DNA of 48,719 nucleotides, counting the filler, from Catajapyx aquilonaris (lineage: Eukaryota): assembly GCA_000934665.2 (NCBI GenBank). It is 3 parts of 3 records of this genome, joined end to end, with 100 filler letters (N's around TTAATTAATTAA, not from the genome) between each part and the next. Parts side by side here need not be neighbours in the genome. Positions count along the whole stretch, not along the records: positions 1 to 16,171 come from JYFJ02007269.1; positions 16,272 to 32,442 come from JYFJ02007270.1; 1 more part is not named here. One strand, written 5' to 3'. Below, one piece after another: positions 11,589 through 24,240 of the stretch (position 1 is its first letter; each line of letters begins with the position of its first letter). The notes beneath the pieces are model-generated. The model did not search any database. It saw only the letters and a list, made by a program, of their open reading frames with translations, and was not told where the DNA came from. The position numbers and the translations under genes were made by a program.

Positions 11589-12591
11589 TCTCTACATTGG
11601 AAAGACTGCCCACTGGAAGTAGTGGATCACCGATGGCAGCACAGCCGAGCTGAATACAATGGGTGGCACAATGCCAGAGCTTACAGAATTTGAGGCCTGC
11701 CTTATGCTAGAATTTACTGCCACAGAGATGAGGAGGGTTGGTGGGAATTGTGAACATGTCCGATCATTCGTCTGTTCTGTGGACCTGTCGACAGATGATA
11801 ACATTCTCCCAGAACCGACAGAGTGACTTAACACCACATCGGCTCTGTAACCTACTGTACTACTGACTTGTTATGTGGGTGACAGTATTTCCCCACCAAA
11901 TTAGACTCCATCTTTGAAACGCCTTCAGAAATTATCATATAATTAATCGGTAGGAGTGAGCTATTGTTCAAAAGTATCAATGAAAATAAAACATCATAAC
12001 TCACCATATTATGTCATTAATGACCGAATTGTGTTTTCATTACCTCATTCCAAAATCAATTTACGTCCGGAGAAAATAATGAGAAGTGTTGTGTCGGTTT
12101 GTGGGCATATTCTCTCCGTTAATGTGCATTCTTGATCCATATTTAGGAGCCACCACCTCTGCATAATACATAGGTCTACTTATTAGAGGCTAATATCAAG
12201 CACACTACACACCTATCTATTATTTAAAACAGGCAATATTATTGCAGGTGTCACATTATGTAGCCCCGTACTACTCGTGTAAAGAGTTGACAATAATAAA
12301 CCACTCTCCGTCACTGTCACTATGTCAGTAGGGACCATCATTTTTCAGTAATCAGCTGTAGCATGATCATAGAAAAAATACGGTAACGCATTTTGTAGGT
12401 ATAACGTAAATGTTTTGTCGCGAAACGCGTCTTTAATCTGGAAAAATACGAACTAGCTGCTTTGCGGAAAGGTTTGCCATTGACAGTAGCACCACAATTG
12501 GCATGATTGAATAAACCATGTGGCCTTGCAAAAGTGTCCGATTTTCTCGCGATTCCTGCCTCCATGTTATTCAAATGGACCTTTCTAGAAC

Positions 12592-13262
12592 GCCGTTGTG
12601 ACCCTTGTTTGGTTGGTTGGTAGGAAGGGTTACCCAGCTTGTATGGCTCTTTCTGAGTCGAGCCTTGGCAGCCGGGGGTAGGAGAGGAAGGTGTGGGATT
12701 GTAAGGTAGGGGGTGGGTTAGAAGGGTGGGGGGAGAGGAGGGCTGGCCCCGGCTGTACTGCAATGCCGGGTCCAACCCAGGGACGGGGGTGGGATATTCT
12801 CCCAAGCACCCCGTCCAACCAAGAAATGCGAGTCAGGTCCGAGGACCGCTCGAGTAGGAAAGTATACCGTCGCTGGCGAACCAGCCGGGACTGTAATTAT
12901 AATAGTGCCGTTGTGACCCTCACTTTTTCCCATTGTATACCCACAGGTCATTCTTTTTTGCACCTATCTGTACACACGCTCTCACACGGTCATGTGCCCT
13001 TTCAATGCGCCGACTCCCGATATGCTCTGCGGGCTTTCTTCTATAAAAGGAAGGACTGCCCAAGCCTGCAGGCCATTCACTATGAGCATATCCTGGAGTC
13101 TGGTCGCGTTCTCTTACCGACCCTTCCCCTGTTCTCCGATACCTTCACATACCCACTGTTCGTACTTCAGCGGAATAAATAGTAAAAATTGTCTTGACAG
13201 TTCCCACCGACTTATCTTTCTGTGTGTATACCTAACTGCCCTGAACTGACCTGGGAAAGCAT
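12592..13262 (+). mobile_element. Possible LTR-like repeat fragment
   Basis: G-rich block, duplicated GCCGTTGTGACCCT (12592, 12907), TATAAAA at ~13043 and AATAAA at ~13175; no clean TG..CA boundaries or TSD. Confidence 0.3.
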
Positions 13263-13450
13263 GCTATTTTAGCAGGAAAATAGTCTACTACTCGATGTTG
13301 GTTTTATACTGCCATTTTAAGGTTACTTTTTGACTTGCCCTCGTATGTGCCATGCGCCAAATCATCTACTTCTCTTGGCTGCAATCATTTCTGCCACGAA
13401 TGAACCTTTTTTGCTGCCATAAGGCCCCAGAAATGTAGACAATAATTATT

Positions 13451-14190
13451 GTGGAGTGACCAATCAAAAAGCAACATCCACCAACGAAGCCATTTCGAGT
13501 TATTCAACAAAAACCGATTGCTCCCAAATGGAATGAGACCAAGAAACAAAATGTGCAGTATATTATGCCCATATGCAGAGGTGGTTAATGGTGTATGTTA
13601 ATGAAATCAGGAATTGTCTAGTCACGAGAAAAAAAATAATCAAAATTTAACTTATTGCGTTTTGATTGTGTCAGATGCTGCGTTTTGATCGATTATTATC
13701 ATTAGCCGTATTATTAAACTGTGATTAATCCTTAGTATCTTCTATCAGCAGGAACTATCATACCATATCCTTGACACGAATTATTATCTAAACCCAATGC
13801 TAATCATGAGAACATTTTTAGATATTAGTCTTCAAATTTTATTACTTACACACGAGAACCACATACGTGCTACTGTAGTACTGTGTGGGTTGGTTAGCTT
13901 AGGCCTACTCTATGGGGTTGGTAAGATATCGGCGGCCATTTGTAACAGTTGCTCATCGCACTCTCCCATTGGCTGCTTGGCGCATGTTGCGTTTTGAAGT
14001 AGCCGGTATGGGTCACATATTGCGTTTTGAAGTAACACTCCATTTTCCAGCCCTTATAACACGGTAGATATTGCATTTAGAAATGTCACAATCTAACACA
14101 CACGTAGACCCGAGCCTCAAGGACGTGCTACCACCTATAACTCGATTGTGAAAATTTTGCCGCTTGTTGCGTTTTGATTGGCCACTCCAC
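13451..14190. mobile_element. MITE-like element with ~30-bp TIRs and internal TTGCGTTTTGA repeats
   Basis: GTGGAGTGACCAATCAAAAAGCAACA at 13451 versus TGTTGCGTTTTGATTGGCCACTCCAC ending at 14190; the motif recurs at ~13656, 13679, 13987 and 14020; TSD not resolved. Confidence 0.55.
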
Positions 14191-15048
14191 AATATTATTA
14201 TCGAATCCTCCCATATTGCCGATGGGTAAGAAAGCTTCGTCGAGTGGTCGTCGCAAGGGGCGCTGCTTGCAGTGGGGAAGATTAGATGCGTGTCTCTAAG
14301 GTTCAACAGGGCATGATGATGGACTATGGAGGAGGGCGTATTGACAAAGGGGGCCAATAACAACCTGCCTTCTGTTGTGGTGCAAACATTCGGTAGGCTC
14401 ACTTTGCCAGCTAGCTGCAGAGCCAACTTGTTTGAAACCTTAATTTTTGCTACAGCTCCCTCAAGATTAATGATGATATGCTTGAATAAAATATTTCCAA
14501 CCCAAAAGAATGAACTGAAAAAAATGAAATTATTTAGATGTTTCTTCCCTCCATTACATTGATGGTTAGCAATGATAACAATGAAAGAATGGCATGTATG
14601 AGCCATTTCAATTAATAGATAACCAGGCATTTGTAGAAGCCTTCCCACGTCAAAGCCTATTATTGGAAACTCGTATATTCGACAAATATTTTGATTTCCA
14701 GATAATAATTCAGGATTGACGTGCATTTCGTTCCATTATACAGTCAATGACAAATATCAAGTAGTCAGAGAACAATTTGAACCTTTCAATGAGCAATTTC
14801 CATATCTTTATAACCTATGCATTGCCATGTGTAGACTAAGTGATTCAAACAAACGTCATAAAATCACTTCCTATTGCGTAATAAATTGTCAAAGTAATGC
14901 ATTTGATATTTTGTAGCAGTCTTTTAGATGTGCAGTAGCCTAGTCTATTCTGGAAGTCGCGCTGCAAAGGGTAAGGAAGTGAACATGCTTTTAATTTAAG
15001 TTTCGGAGTTTAGTCTAATGAAATTGTTTAAAAAAATATGAAACAGCA

Positions 15049-15307
15049 ATGGCGAGAACACACAAGATGGCAGGCCTTCTAGTGCCGTTTGCCATTTGTG
15101 CAATGATGTCAGTGGCACTTGTACTGACTGCAGACCAGGAATGTCCTAGACCATTCTCTAGGACACCTACAGGACTATGCTACTACATTTCAACCGAATT
15201 TAAGATAAACTGGTTCTTGGCCGCGGAATACTGCAGGCGAATTGGGTCTGTTTTGGCAACGCCTCAAACCAGGGAAGAAATTGATTCGTTGAATGAACTT
15301 CAAATAA
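15049..15307 (+). CDS. First exon of a further C-type lectin paralog (signal peptide plus N-terminal half of a CTLD); downstream exons not found before the gap
   Basis: ECPRPFSRTPTGLCYYISTEFKINWFLAAEYCRRIGSVLATPQTREEID closely matches 6771-7014; same phase-1 donor A|GTGAGT. Confidence 0.75.
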
Positions 15308-16171
15308 GTGAGTATAGAGATTTGCCTGAATTATTAAACTGTTTTCACGCTCTATCATAAAAATGATCTCAGTTGGCCAAACCAATAAGAATATTGAACT
15401 ATCCCGCCATAACATTATAATATGATGATTAGTCTACTTCAATTTCCTCAAATATATCGATCAGAACTATAGAATGATGTTTACAAAGATAAATAACCTA
15501 TAGCCTACTCATCACACTTTCAACACTATATTGCATACCACTGCTTTGAACGTTACATTGTGACTGTGATATTTTAACAGTTATTTAAAAACTGTCAACA
15601 CTAACTGAAATGATGTGTAAAAAGCTCATGTGATAAAAGCAATTTTAATTCCTCTGTCAATAAGACAGCGCTGTTATGGCATTGTTATTTTATGATGAAG
15701 GTACGGTACGGGTAGCTTGCAAATATGATGGCCATTAATAAAACTATTAACTAAGTGCTATAATAATGAACCATTGATACAGACTAGATACAGTGGTACT
15801 GTACTTTTACAGCAGAATATTCGTCCTAACAAAGAAAAATATTATTATAAGTTTTGTTAGTGATTTACGTAATTATTACGTATTATCGTTGTCATGCGTT
15901 TCCACAAAAATCAAGTCAAGTCTAATATATATGAAGCCCCTAAACGAGGAGGATATAGGAGGAGGAGGATGAAAAAGATTTCGCACTTCCCGGCGTCGCA
16001 CAGACGTCGGACTTACGCCGTTGGATTCCTTGCACCCGGTTTACAATGTCCAAAAATCCTGAAAACCGCGAATTTCCCAGCCGTTTTCGAGATCGCCAAA
16101 TTAAATGTAGACGCAAACCCGAGATCGCGAAATTAATGTATACCGCCAACTCCCCAACGGTCGCCCCCCCC

Positions 16172-16271
16172 NNNNNNNNNNNNNNNNNNNNNNNNNNNNN
16201 NNNNNNNNNNNNNNNTTAATTAATTAANNNNNNNNNNNNNNNNNNNNNNNNNNNNNNNNNNNNNNNNNNNN
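16172..16271. other. Artificial contig spacer N44-TTAATTAATTAA-N44
   Basis: 100-bp spacer with stop codons in all frames; identical to 32443-32542. Confidence 0.95.
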
Positions 16272-16440
16272 CCGAACGCAACCACTGCCTCCCTGACTGA
16301 CAAAGTCTTATCCTGACGCACATCATCAAGGTTCACAAACTGCACCAGGGTCTTGCGCAGGTCCTCTTCCCGATGCCGGCCGTTGATGATGCCTTTTCTG
16401 GTCCCCATTTGGAAGAGGCCATGATCATTTGTAGCCATTC
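16272..16440 (-). mobile_element. Ginger/KRBA2-like integrase (DDE transposase) C-terminal fragment
   Basis: NDHGLFQMGTRKGIINGRH...FVNLDDVRQDKTLSVREAVVAF resembles the GLY.LGT..G.l...DVP...lSlREA region of Ginger2/KRBA2-type integrases (recalled motif); truncated by the gap. Confidence 0.6.
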
Positions 16441-19400
16441 TTTATGAGCGGAACTGTACATGCATGTACAGTTCCCAAGTAAACATGTTTACTTGGGAAA
16501 GTGACACTGCTGGGAACACCATTTGAGTCATTGGAAATCAAAACTTTGACTCACGAGTCATTGGCCGCAAGTTGAGTGCTTTCCTCTCTCTGCATTATTT
16601 GACGCAAGTGTTGAGTGCATGGAGATGACAAATGTTGGATTGATTTCACAGACGCAACTCGTTTTGTGTCATTCTGTTACAGTAATAACATGTCAACAAC
16701 TCGGAATTAATTCTTCCATGATCATTTACTGCAACGGGTTAGCTTTGCGCACAACTAAAATGAGTAACATGCCACAAACACCAGGAAATAGTGTAGGGCA
16801 GTAACGTTGCAAGGTGCAGTGGCATGTGCACGGGGGGCATGACCCCCCCCCCTCCCCCCCGCGATCTCTTAGTAATGACCAGGACAATGATGATGATAAT
16901 GATGACGGTGACAATGACATCGGCCTAATATTAATTTCTACCCGCTTGGCCAGGACGGCTCCGTTTGAAAAGTGCGGCTTCCTTTGCGTCACGAATTGCG
17001 GCGATGCCAGATCCTGATTCTTCGCTGATACGGGGGTGGTGGTGGCTGGGGGCGCAGAACAGTTGGCCGGCTGCCAATTCACTCGCGGACCATTGGTCCA
17101 GCGCGTACAATTGGCTCACGACATATACACCTAGAGGAGGTACCTCCTCTAGGTATTATATTATATAATAGCAGAACTCTTTGGTCTGTCCAAACAAAAA
17201 AAAAGTCTAACCGTCAGCTGCAAAACAATAAATAGCATCAAAAACGACAAACCAACATAGTATGAAAAAAATTACGAAATACGACATACAAAATAAAATC
17301 GCTTGAACCTCCGCTGCCTCCCAGTCTGGGGTTCTTGATTAATAATTTTTTTCATTGTAAATAAAAATATCAATGTTCTCCTATCCTAACGTCAATTTAA
17401 TTTCATAATCATGACCATCTTCATCGTCCTCGACGTCCCACACCCTAATTACATCGAGAGCACCGAGTGTGTGGAGAAGTGCAGCTTCATCTTCAGTATT
17501 GACGTCAGGAGGTCACGCTTCCCGGCAAAATAATCCTGAACCTTGCCAGCCTTTTTCCAAGGCGGTTTCGCCTCGGTGTCGTTCCAAGTGTACCACTGGT
17601 CCTTTGTGAAAACCCCGCCTGCAATGAAACTCCCAGACATAAAATGTTCCAACTGAATTTATTGCAATAGTTATCAATATACTCCCAATTACAGCCACAG
17701 CATCTGAGCATTCACGAATTCCCATGTACCTAGAACATGTCCAGAGGCATAAAACATGTCATCACGCTCTATACGTGGTATACTTACGACTAGATTGAAC
17801 CTCTCAGCTCTACAGTTGGGAGGAGATATACCTACAGAAATGGCAACGCCAAATAGCAACCCCGAAGGACTACATCCGTGACAAAATTTCAGTTCCGGAA
17901 GTTCTGCATACTAGCAGGTAAACTCAGCCCAATATAATCATATGAAAGAGTCAATGGTTAGAAAATTCTGCAACGGAAAATGTCGAATTTGGCTCCAACG
18001 CTGTACATAACATAGGCCACTGTCCCTCAGAAAGGGCTTCCCAATTCCGATGTTGTCGTCAGAAAATATACCAAGTTCAACCACTGGACTCATCCATAGA
18101 AATGTGTTAGAAAGGGGGAACAAACTATCGGAGTGAATGAATCACGCACTTAAGTAAAGCTTCTCACATTCCCGCTCCATCCTACGACGAACTAAGATGA
18201 TAATACGTGTGTCACTAGAATATGTCAATGGACCAACTTTCTCTTCTTCAAAAACAGATCACAGAGCTAAACTATAGCAACGGAAAGACGTCGACACAAT
18301 CAGAGACAATTGAAGAAAAATGATGATTTTAAAAGACTGGCCTATTGAACAACCATCAACCAATAATGGGTGCTTCCCAAGATGCAAAATCACGTGAAAG
18401 TAGTCACGTATGGGTCATTATCACTAAGCATGTACAATATAAGCTTTTTTCCCCTAGTCCGATTTACATAGCACATAATGAGCAGAAGTGCAGGTATATA
18501 ACGAACAGAACCCTTTGCAACATTAATAAGTGTCAAAGCCCTTGCGTACCAAACAGACGATTCCAGTTAAGTAACTTGTGAATTATGACCGTGTCTCACA
18601 TCCCACAGAGATGACTATCAACCCTGTGCACCAAACGCTGCAAAAAGAGGGTCCTTAATTGTGAATCCTAACTAGCGATATCACGAATTACCTTATCAAC
18701 AACAGCAGGCTACCTTTCAAGTGGAAAAAGATCTGTTACGGCGACGATGAACGTTCAAGTCAAGAGAAGCTTCAGCATAATACAAGCCACAAAAATGTGG
18801 TCATTATCGCATCTATCTGCACAGCGACTGTGCCATCATACAAGGGATCCAAACCTGTCCAAACCTACTAAAATAACATAACATGTCGTCGAGGTTATGA
18901 ACCTTCTGTTTAAGACGATGGATATGTGGAAAGACACGCAGATCTTGTACCTGGAGATTTTCGTGGTGATTTTGTATAATAATACGGTACAAAATTTCTG
19001 ATTTTACATCACTTTTCCTTGCAGACATGTAAATCAATAATATCCAAGAGGTCGGATAGAGCGAGATGTAAGAAAGCATAAGTTATCATGAGCAAAATAT
19101 CGTAAATGGCAAGTGCATTATGTAAATCACATTTGAGTCTATTGCTTCCAATGGCAGTGACGAGTCCTGCTATAAACAATTGTAGCTTTCGTAAAACCTT
19201 ATGGATAGGGAGAAATGGAGCGACCGTATCAATTTTCCATATGGTAATGTATGCTTGTAAATAAGATTACCGTGCGCCTTTTACTTACACCATGTTTTAA
19301 TGTGATAGCTTCCTTGTCTGAAATTCACCTGGGTGGAATGTGACTCGCCTGATATCATCTACTTTGGCAAATGTTAATAAACATCTGGTTCGCAGATAAA

Positions 19401-22400
19401 AGTTTTGTGATGTCAGAACGGTCCAATTCATGAAAGGAATAATCTCCGGGGAAAACCCCGAGAATCAAAGAAGAAATTAAGCATATTCCTACTGATATGT
19501 CTGGGTACTGAATTGAGGCTGCGAAAACAAATCAGCTAAACATCTTCAACATCACTCACTGTAAATCCAAATCTGTGACCGCGAATATCGACACAACTGC
19601 CTCTTCCATAAGTACTGAATAACCTGTGGATACTTATTAATGTAGGATCTATAAGACTATATTTCAGATGAATTAAACCTGATTAGATGCATCTGAATAA
19701 CTATTTTATGAAAACCAAACTAGTCCAGCTCCAAATATCTCTCACGCAGGCATTCTCTTGCGTTTATGACATTAGATAATTAGAACATATCGCTAATTTG
19801 AATAGGCAGCAAGGCATGAAAAAAATCACAGAGACCTTTAAATATGAAGGACGACTCGGACAGTGGTAATGAACTATAAATTCCGTCCAAAGCCAAACAT
19901 CATGGAGAATTTATGAATTTCAATAAATATTGGAGACATTCAGGCCGCCTATCACTTCCAGGAAAATCAGCAATTCTTTCGCTGGCTGCATGATCCTGTG
20001 ATTGTTGAAGAAACCATCAAGGCACTACCTAACAACGAATAATATGACGACTTAGTTCTTCATTCTTTCCATTTCCAGGATACGGAGTGGAATTATTGAG
20101 TTCTGATTCTGTCTGGTTTCTGAGTGGACTGTTTCGTTGGGAGCTGACGGAATTGTGTAGTGTTCAGTTTCCACTTTCTTCTCTGTGTTTAACTAACGTG
20201 TACATCATGCCTAGCAAAGCCTGGCGTAAAAGACATACAGAAAAAATTTAAAACGCTGCTAAAACTAAAAACAGGCGGAATGAATCTGCAAGAAGTTATG
20301 CAAACCATGCTGATATAACGCCCAGCACCGCCAGGATATTATCAGCAAGCTCAAACTCATTTTCACCCTGAGAAGTGGTACCACGAGAACAGCTCCAAGG
20401 TGCTACAGCGGAAGTCAGGCATGTACTGTACCTGTCTAAGCATCTGCCATAATAGGCTAGGCGACAGCATCTCGCCGTGAAGCACCGGGAGAGGGGCATG
20501 ATTGCTAGGCTGCAGATGGCCATGCTCAAGAAGCACTTGAAGAGAGCGAACGACTGCGCAAATGAAAGCTATGGCGTACACCGTACAGGAAGGCGGAACA
20601 TCTTGACCTCTAGGCTCACAACAAGAAGAGGTGTCTTCCTCAACTGAGGAGCACCCTACGTGCACTAGAGCCTGATTCGCCTTGTGTGAGGTCGAAAGTG
20701 AAAGCGCTGCATTAGACCATGAAACTGGACGTTTACTTCCTTGACATACAGCGCTACTTGCAAGCAGTAGATATTCTTGTAACATTAATAAAGATAAATG
20801 CACCCTTATCATTTAGGGTCGTTTTGTTAGGGCTTTAAATTGGCTATTCCATTGCATGACCTGTTACATGATTATCTGCACCAATAGTAGTAGAATCAAG
20901 ACGGAGTGCTACCATCATTATGCAATGTCACCCTCAGGATCCCGTATCGTTATAACTTGTAACCTTGAACCAATAAACATTATACATCAACCGTATGCAC
21001 CTTCCTTTGGACCTCTGACATACAGAAGGGAACTGAACCTTAGACCCACTGCATTCAGCATGCACGTTATAGACAATGACATCACATAAAAATGTCAGGG
21101 ATACAGACATCACAGAGCATCTGTTCCTCTATTGGCCACCTCGCGACAAGGAAAGATCACAACAATAATGAATATGACGGCATCCATTGCAGTAATTAAG
21201 AGCTTTCAGTATGAAAAAGTAACGACTGTTTCTCACTAACCACAATGAATCAAGGGAAATATCATACTGTCATGTGATCATCGCGTCACGTATATATAGG
21301 GTTCCACTCATGTTATGACAGTTAAAGATACCTCTAGGATATACTATAGAGTTGGTCACATAATGAAACAAGATAGCGTTCAAATGTGATATTTTCTCAT
21401 AGACTTGGGAAATAAAACCGCCCTGTAAAATCAGGCAGAGATACCTGCAATGAAACGCTTCGCCCAAAGGTATATTCATGTTATTTTTCCCACACCCTCG
21501 TCCTTCCTATTTTGAAAAGGACGTAACAGATGGAGCATGTAGCGGAACCAAACACTGATGATATGTAAGCGATAAATACTGTATATTGGTTCTCCAATTG
21601 TATTGTCATTAATTTAGCTTCCAATGTGTGTAAAATGAGAGGGTTGATCGTGACCTGCTCACCTTTGTCAACAACCTTAAATCACCACACCCTGTGGCAG
21701 TATTGAATTAGCAGAACGCACAGAGAAGGAATTCCCACTAAACAACTAATGCGACGAAGATTTCTCATGAAATGTCCAAAAACATTGTCACAGATACCAG
21801 TGATCTGTGTGTTGATATTAGAATTTACTTGTGGCCTAGAATGTTCATGAGAATAAAATATTAAACAATTTTATCCAGTAATTTAATTCTTGCTTGGATG
21901 ACCAAAATGTCGTTGACATCTGATACATACTTCAAAGACAAAAATGGAAAGGTCATCTTGCCAAAGGTCTAAGTACGCGAAACATATTAAGTTGCTTTAA
22001 CTTTTGTGCTACCCAGATGTTTCCGTACGAGTTAAATGTTGTAAATATTTTCTAAAATATGTATCGTTTTTCCAGTAAGGCCTAGGACTCACTGCTGATT
22101 CTCAAAATGAGTGTCTCAGCGGTGGGAAAACCAATCACATAAATGAACCGCCGACGACAGCAAGAAAAACATATTCAGAAGCACACCCATTATGCATGCA
22201 GCTGCAAGATGAAAATTTTCACCTAATCACAGGTCAGCAGAAATCGCAGGTAGACGAGACCAGAGAAACGGGAATCAAATTTTCTTACAAGAACCAAAAC
22301 TGCACAGAACAACCCTCACCATAGAAAACCGACTTCAAGCATTCTTCATACTGACTGAGGGTCCGGTGCAAATCTAGGTGCACACAGTGAGTGGTCCGAA

Positions 22401-22451
22401 TGCACAAAAATTTCCCATCATTCTGGCACAGAATAATCATTTGTACGTATT

Positions 22452-22779
22452 TTTTATATTTTATTTTTAAATTACCCCGTGATGTCCCTTACGGGAGCTA
22501 TAGGGGGGTGGCATACCACCATCAGTTTTCTGTTTTTACTTCAATCTCCGTGCAAGGACTGGTTCGGGATATAAGGTAGGGAAAGGGATTGTTGGGGAGG
22601 GGACACTTGTGCAGGTGCATTGTCCTAGCCTTTTGGGCCATGTGCAGTCCCCCAGGAGGTTAGGTTGCCAGACACCCCCTTGGTGCGGGTTAGAGACCCT
22701 CCCGACAGGCGGGGATCGAACCTGGAGCCTTTCACTCAGCAAGCCGAGTCGTTACCATCTCGGCCACCACACCTCCCCC
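22452..22779 (-). mobile_element. tRNA-derived SINE, family B
   Basis: Minus: GGGGAGGTGTGGTGGCCGAGATGGTAACG (A box), GGTTCGATCCCC (B box); 14-bp TSD catttgtacgtatt/catttgtatgtatt (22438-22451, 22780-22793); similar to 32640-32997. Confidence 0.85.
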
Positions 22780-23479
22780 CATTTGTATGTATTATGAGTA
22801 CAATGCAATACAGACAGTGGAAAGTCGCAGTTCCCAATTCAAAAGAGATTAGGTGAAGTAGTCCTGGATTGTTTGTTACACATATCCTAACCAAGTGTAA
22901 CCCAAGATGTAACCAACACCCATTTTGTAAGCATCGTATAATGAAATTAATATTTTACTTGAAAGCTTACATTATTTCTATCGGGTGATGCATAATGTCG
23001 ACCTTGCTGTTCACCATGTAGTTTGCCAACAAGTTTTGAAAACCTGAACATGTTCGAAAGTAGCCCAGGCAACGCTTTGCCTAAAACTGTCAGAAGAAAT
23101 CCTAGGTCTGATTTAATTGCAGAGTAATACAACCTGTTCAGTGTTATAACCTAATTTTCAAAGGTCATTATTCTCTAAAAAGAGGTGTAGGCAGATTCGT
23201 CGCAAGTGTTAACACAATGGCTTCCATCATACCAGGAGGAAGTGACATCCCGTAGACTGGTGCCCTGGGCTGGGAGGTGACAGGGTCAGGCAAGTCATCT
23301 CAAGTCACACACGTCACACTCTTCCTGTATCCATAGCTACTTAATGCAAGAAGGAACTTTGTAAAACCAGTTTAAAATTAATTACTATGTAGTTCTTGGT
23401 ACAAGGGTTTATGTACCGCTCATGAAGAAGCACAAATAAATAAACTGACAAATATTGAGACACTCAGGGTCAGGGACAA

Positions 23480-24240
23480 GTGCGATGGACACATGACACC
23501 ATTCATTCATTCCATCGAGAAACTGGATATATCAAGCTGCAGTGGGGATGAGATACAAACAGACCAGACAGAAGAAGAAAAAGGCCGCTTGGTATGACGA
23601 AAAGTGTAAACAAATATGGGACGAAGTATGGGACAAACAGATATGGATCTGGGAGCCGGACATTGTTGGTTTGTTGCCCACAGGTGGTAAGGCCTCTTTG
23701 GCTAATTACACCTGCAATTCCTTTTATCTGGGTATCCCTGCGTAGCAAAAAGTGGAGAAGAAAACAGATTCTTCTGAAGGACACATTCCATCAGACTCAT
23801 GTAAGAACTTCAAGGTTGTTCTGTCACCTCTTCCATATTCTCTTCTGCGATGTTGTTACTGACAGGCACCAACAGAAGACACAATTATTTAACATTATCA
23901 GCAATATCTATTGTCTTGCACTATTCCATTCCACAGAAGATGTGCTTTGAAATCATTTTATGTCCATCTGTGGCAAAAAGCTGTGGTTGAAACAAACTAG
24001 TTTCAGTTCATGTAGTTATATCCTACACCTAGAGTAACTGGTGAAGCGCTCAAAAACAAGACACTTTGTAGGCAAGCTTTCGCTAAAGTAATCCTCACGA
24101 AATGGTATGATCACACTCTATAACCCAATAACTCAATAACTGTTTATTGAATGGATTGCATAAAATCATGGCTATTATTATAGAAAACAGGATTAGGAAA
24201 TGGGCAGAAGACGAAATCATGTTACATGAAGATCAAGCTC
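23480..24240 (+). mobile_element. Degenerate non-LTR retrotransposon (LINE) ORF2 remnant
   Basis: KKKAAWYDEKCKQI (W-F-D-x-E-C motif) and Y.PIT..LLNGLHKIMAIIIENRIRKWAEDEIMLHEDQA, matching the RT YRPITLL...NRL..WAE..IL.E.QAGF region; many stops and frameshifts. Confidence 0.7.

Larger units (their letters stand above)
10628..11850 (+). pseudogene. Partial C-type lectin/mucin paralog (mucin repeats plus CTLD2-like domain); exons ~10629-11432 and 11490-11850; last exon disrupted
   Basis: TSPRPPKPPLSCCPPRFVQLVFGACYLFSGKFKATFNES matches the end of exon 2 of the intact gene, with an intron at the same position; last exon has an 83-bp frameshifting insertion (11509-11591) and an in-frame TAG (11620-11622); no signal-peptide exon seen. 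Confidence 0.7.

Noticed and set aside
11620..11622. Programmed stop-codon readthrough at the in-frame TAG
   Set aside because: The TAG is an extra codon from a 3-bp duplication absent in the paralog, and the exon is already frameshifted upstream
14013..14726. 237-aa minus-strand ORF
   Set aside because: No recognisable motif, and it runs across a MITE end; probably a chance ORF
16216..16227. TTAATTAATTAA as a biological motif
   Set aside because: Synthetic all-frame-stop linker inside an N run
20296..20812. Protein-coding gene from the overlapping ORFs
   Set aside because: No identifiable domain; the plus-strand frame has many stops and may be a decayed retroelement, too weak to call
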